A DNA stretch of 64,000 bases. Source: Nitrososphaerota archaeon (GTDB taxonomy: Archaea > Thermoproteota > Nitrososphaeria_A > Caldarchaeales > Calditenuaceae). The notes under the pieces are model-generated. The model searched no databases, was not told the origin of the DNA, and saw only the letters and a list, made by a program, of their open reading frames with translations. The stretch spans positions 1 through 64,000 of the forward strand of contig JAWBQR010000001.1 of the NCBI GenBank assembly GCA_038845265.1, in the 5' to 3' direction. Shown piece by piece: positions 61,924 to 64,000 of the stretch; within the stretch, counting starts at the first letter, position 1, and the number at the start of each line of letters is the position of its first letter. The translations under genes and the position numbers were made by a program.

Positions 61924-64000
61924 ATGATTGACACAGGAGAACTTCTAAAAAAATTGGGATACGAATACTATGAATTGTGGGAAGAGAAGGTAGTACCTAA
62001 CCGTGTCGCCCTCACTTTTTCCGACATACTACCTGAATTAGAGAGAAAAAACTTAGAAATAGCTTCTTATAAACTATTTGAACATCAGTTAAAGTCATAT
62101 CAAGCTCTTCTAAATGGTAGGAACTTAATCCTAAAATCTGGTACTGGTTCTGGAAAGACGGAATCATGGTTTCTATACGCCGCAAAGAAAAAATGCAAGA
62201 CATTGGTATTATATCCTACGCTGGCCCTCTCAAATGATCAAATCGTGAGGCTCAGGAACTATGGAGAGGCAGTAGGGTTAAAAATCATGATAATTGATGC
62301 TCCTAGTAAGTCACGAATTGTTGCAGAAAAGGGATATAAGAATGCAAAACGCGAAATAGCAGATGCAGATATAATATTAACAAATCCAGCTTTCCTATTG
62401 AGTGATATAAAGAAACTAGGAACGAACAAGCCACCATTTCTAAGAGAATTTTTATATAATCTCTCTTTTTTAGTCATTGACGATTTTGATTTCTACTCTC
62501 CTAGAAGCATTGCCATATTGCTGGGAATGCTTAGAATAATTGGACTCACGGTCACGCGGAATCCACAAATTGCTATTTTAACGGCAATGCTTGAAAACCC
62601 AATTGAAATAGGCAACGCACTTAAATCGATAAATGGACGTGAATATGAGATAATAGAGGGTAAAGCATACCATCCAGAAAATAAAATATATGTTATCCTT
62701 GGGAAAAACCTGAAAAAAATTTGGGAGGATATATGTAAAGAAAGAGATAAAATCGAAAAGTTAGGAGTAGGTAAAGACATTGAAGAATCATTAAATGATT
62801 ATGATGTTTTTAAGAAGAATTTTTATAAAGTCTTGGAAATAGCTAGAATTGCAGGAGTTAGAATAGAAGAAGAATCATCTCCCAGTTATTTAGACATTCT
62901 ATCTTCATATGCCGAAGATTCGGGCCTCACAATTGTCTTTACCAGAAGCATTTCTAAATCAGAAGAAATTGCGAGACTATTATCAGATCGATTAGGTAAC
63001 GGAAAAGTGTACGCTCATCACCACTTGATTGACAAAAATACTAGAGAAAAAATTGAAGAAATGGCAAGAAATGGAGAGATAAAGATTCTTGTCTCTCCGA
63101 GAACCCTTTCACAGGGCATAGACATTGGTCAAGTTATAAGGACCGTACATATTGGGCTTCCAGAAACTCTTCGAGAGTTTCTGCAAAAGGAGGGCAGAAA
63201 GGGTAGAAGAGAAGCAATTTCAAGAACTGAAAGCATAATTATTCCACAATATTCATGGGACTATAATTTACTGAGAAGAGGAACAATGGCACTTATAAAA
63301 TGGCTCAGCCTCTCGAGAGAGAAAATCATCTTGAATCAGAATAACAAATACATCACATTGTTCACTGGACTCTTCAAGATGAGTAGACCATCCCTATTCA
63401 CAGAACTAACAGAAGATGAGCTAAAATTGCTTGATTCGCTTAGGCTTAAAAAGGATTTGCAATTAACTCAGGCTGGGAAAAGAGCTTGGTTGAGAATGAA
63501 TTTTTACGAGTTCGCACCACCTTTAGGAATTAAAAGACTTAAGAAAGTAAACGAGCATTATGACCAGCTCGAAGATATATCACATGTCGACTTGGTAGAA
63601 AAATTTCAAATAGGATGTATTGACTATACCTCTGACGGAATAGTCACTAGGCATGTTAGATCTCGAGAAAGCAGTAGAGCTGTCACCGCAGTCGTAATTG
63701 AAGACCTAAGTGAGCCCACGTTAATGAAGTATGAAGAATTGTCCTATCCATTAGAAGAATACTATGCTGTTAAGAGGAGATGGAGCGAGACACCATCCAT
63801 TAAATCAGATTATTATTCAGGCAGATTACACTCAGATGTTCAATGCGTAGTCAAGGCGCCCGATGGATTTGACAAATACGTTAAGATTCCTAATCATGTT
63901 CAATGGAGAGTCAGAAGCAAGCATTATAGATATTACGTGATTGGGGAGAATACAATACTTAGTCATGAAGCAAGAAGCATAATTGTTCCTGCTTTAACAA
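61924..64000 (+). CDS. SF2 DEAD/DEAH-box helicase, partial (runs off the right edge; absent from the ORF track)
   Basis: Manual translation: Q motif LFEHQ, SGTGSGKT, YPTLAL, motif II IDDFD, TLSQGIDIG and QKEGRKGRR; frame checked open at the window end. Confidence 0.88.
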   Translation, partial: MIDTGELLKKLGYEYYELWEEKVVPNRVALTFSDILPELERKNLEIASYKLFEHQLKSYQALLNGRNLILKSGTGSGKTESWFLYAAKKKCKTLVLYPTLALSNDQIVRLRNYGEAVGLKIMIIDAPSKSRIVAEKGYKNAKREIADADIILTNPAFLLSDIKKLGTNKPPFLREFLYNLSFLVIDDFDFYSPRSIAILLGMLRIIGLTVTRNPQIAILTAMLENPIEIGNALKSINGREYEIIEGKAYHPENKIYVILGKNLKKIWEDICKERDKIEKLGVGKDIEESLNDYDVFKKNFYKVLEIARIAGVRIEEESSPSYLDILSSYAEDSGLTIVFTRSISKSEEIARLLSDRLGNGKVYAHHHLIDKNTREKIEEMARNGEIKILVSPRTLSQGIDIGQVIRTVHIGLPETLREFLQKEGRKGRREAISRTESIIIPQYSWDYNLLRRGTMALIKWLSLSREKIILNQNNKYITLFTGLFKMSRPSLFTELTEDELKLLDSLRLKKDLQLTQAGKRAWLRMNFYEFAPPLGIKRLKKVNEHYDQLEDISHVDLVEKFQIGCIDYTSDGIVTRHVRSRESSRAVTAVVIEDLSEPTLMKYEELSYPLEEYYAVKRRWSETPSIKSDYYSGRLHSDVQCVVKAPDGFDKYVKIPNHVQWRVRSKHYRYYVIGENTILSHEARSIIVPALT

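Overview
Gene-dense, AT-rich archaeal chromosome segment. A TACK-group archaeon, probably Aigarchaeota/Nitrososphaerota-like, is inferred from the ESCRT-III gene, PolB2, SegB-like protein, crenarchaeal-type arginine decarboxylase, archaeal ADH shikimate route and chorismate mutase-aminotransferase fusion. It is mostly core metabolism: tRNA-Lys(CTT), trpDCFBA, guaB-purA-purB-truD with divergent purP, aroK plus an asd-aroA'-aroB'-aroD-aroE-aroA-aroC-CM/aminotransferase operon, part of the S10/spc ribosomal cluster interrupted by a PolB2 module, cdc48, speD-speE, a cdvB paralogue and a partial SF2 helicase. No CRISPR array, rRNA or transposase was seen. The main observation is that both aromatic amino acid operons have long, structured, GC-rich 5' leaders containing short ORFs missed by the ORF track. 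The aro leader encodes MGSKNFKLIGFATYAYFYAWIS (7 of 22 residues Phe/Tyr/Trp). The trp leader encodes MGDLVWLLF. Both leaders share GGGGGA...CTGCCCCC...AGGTGGT and have competing anti-Shine-Dalgarno pairings. This looks like leader-peptide attenuation in an archaeon, though it is an untested inference. Family assignments are from motif recognition and memory, not database searches.
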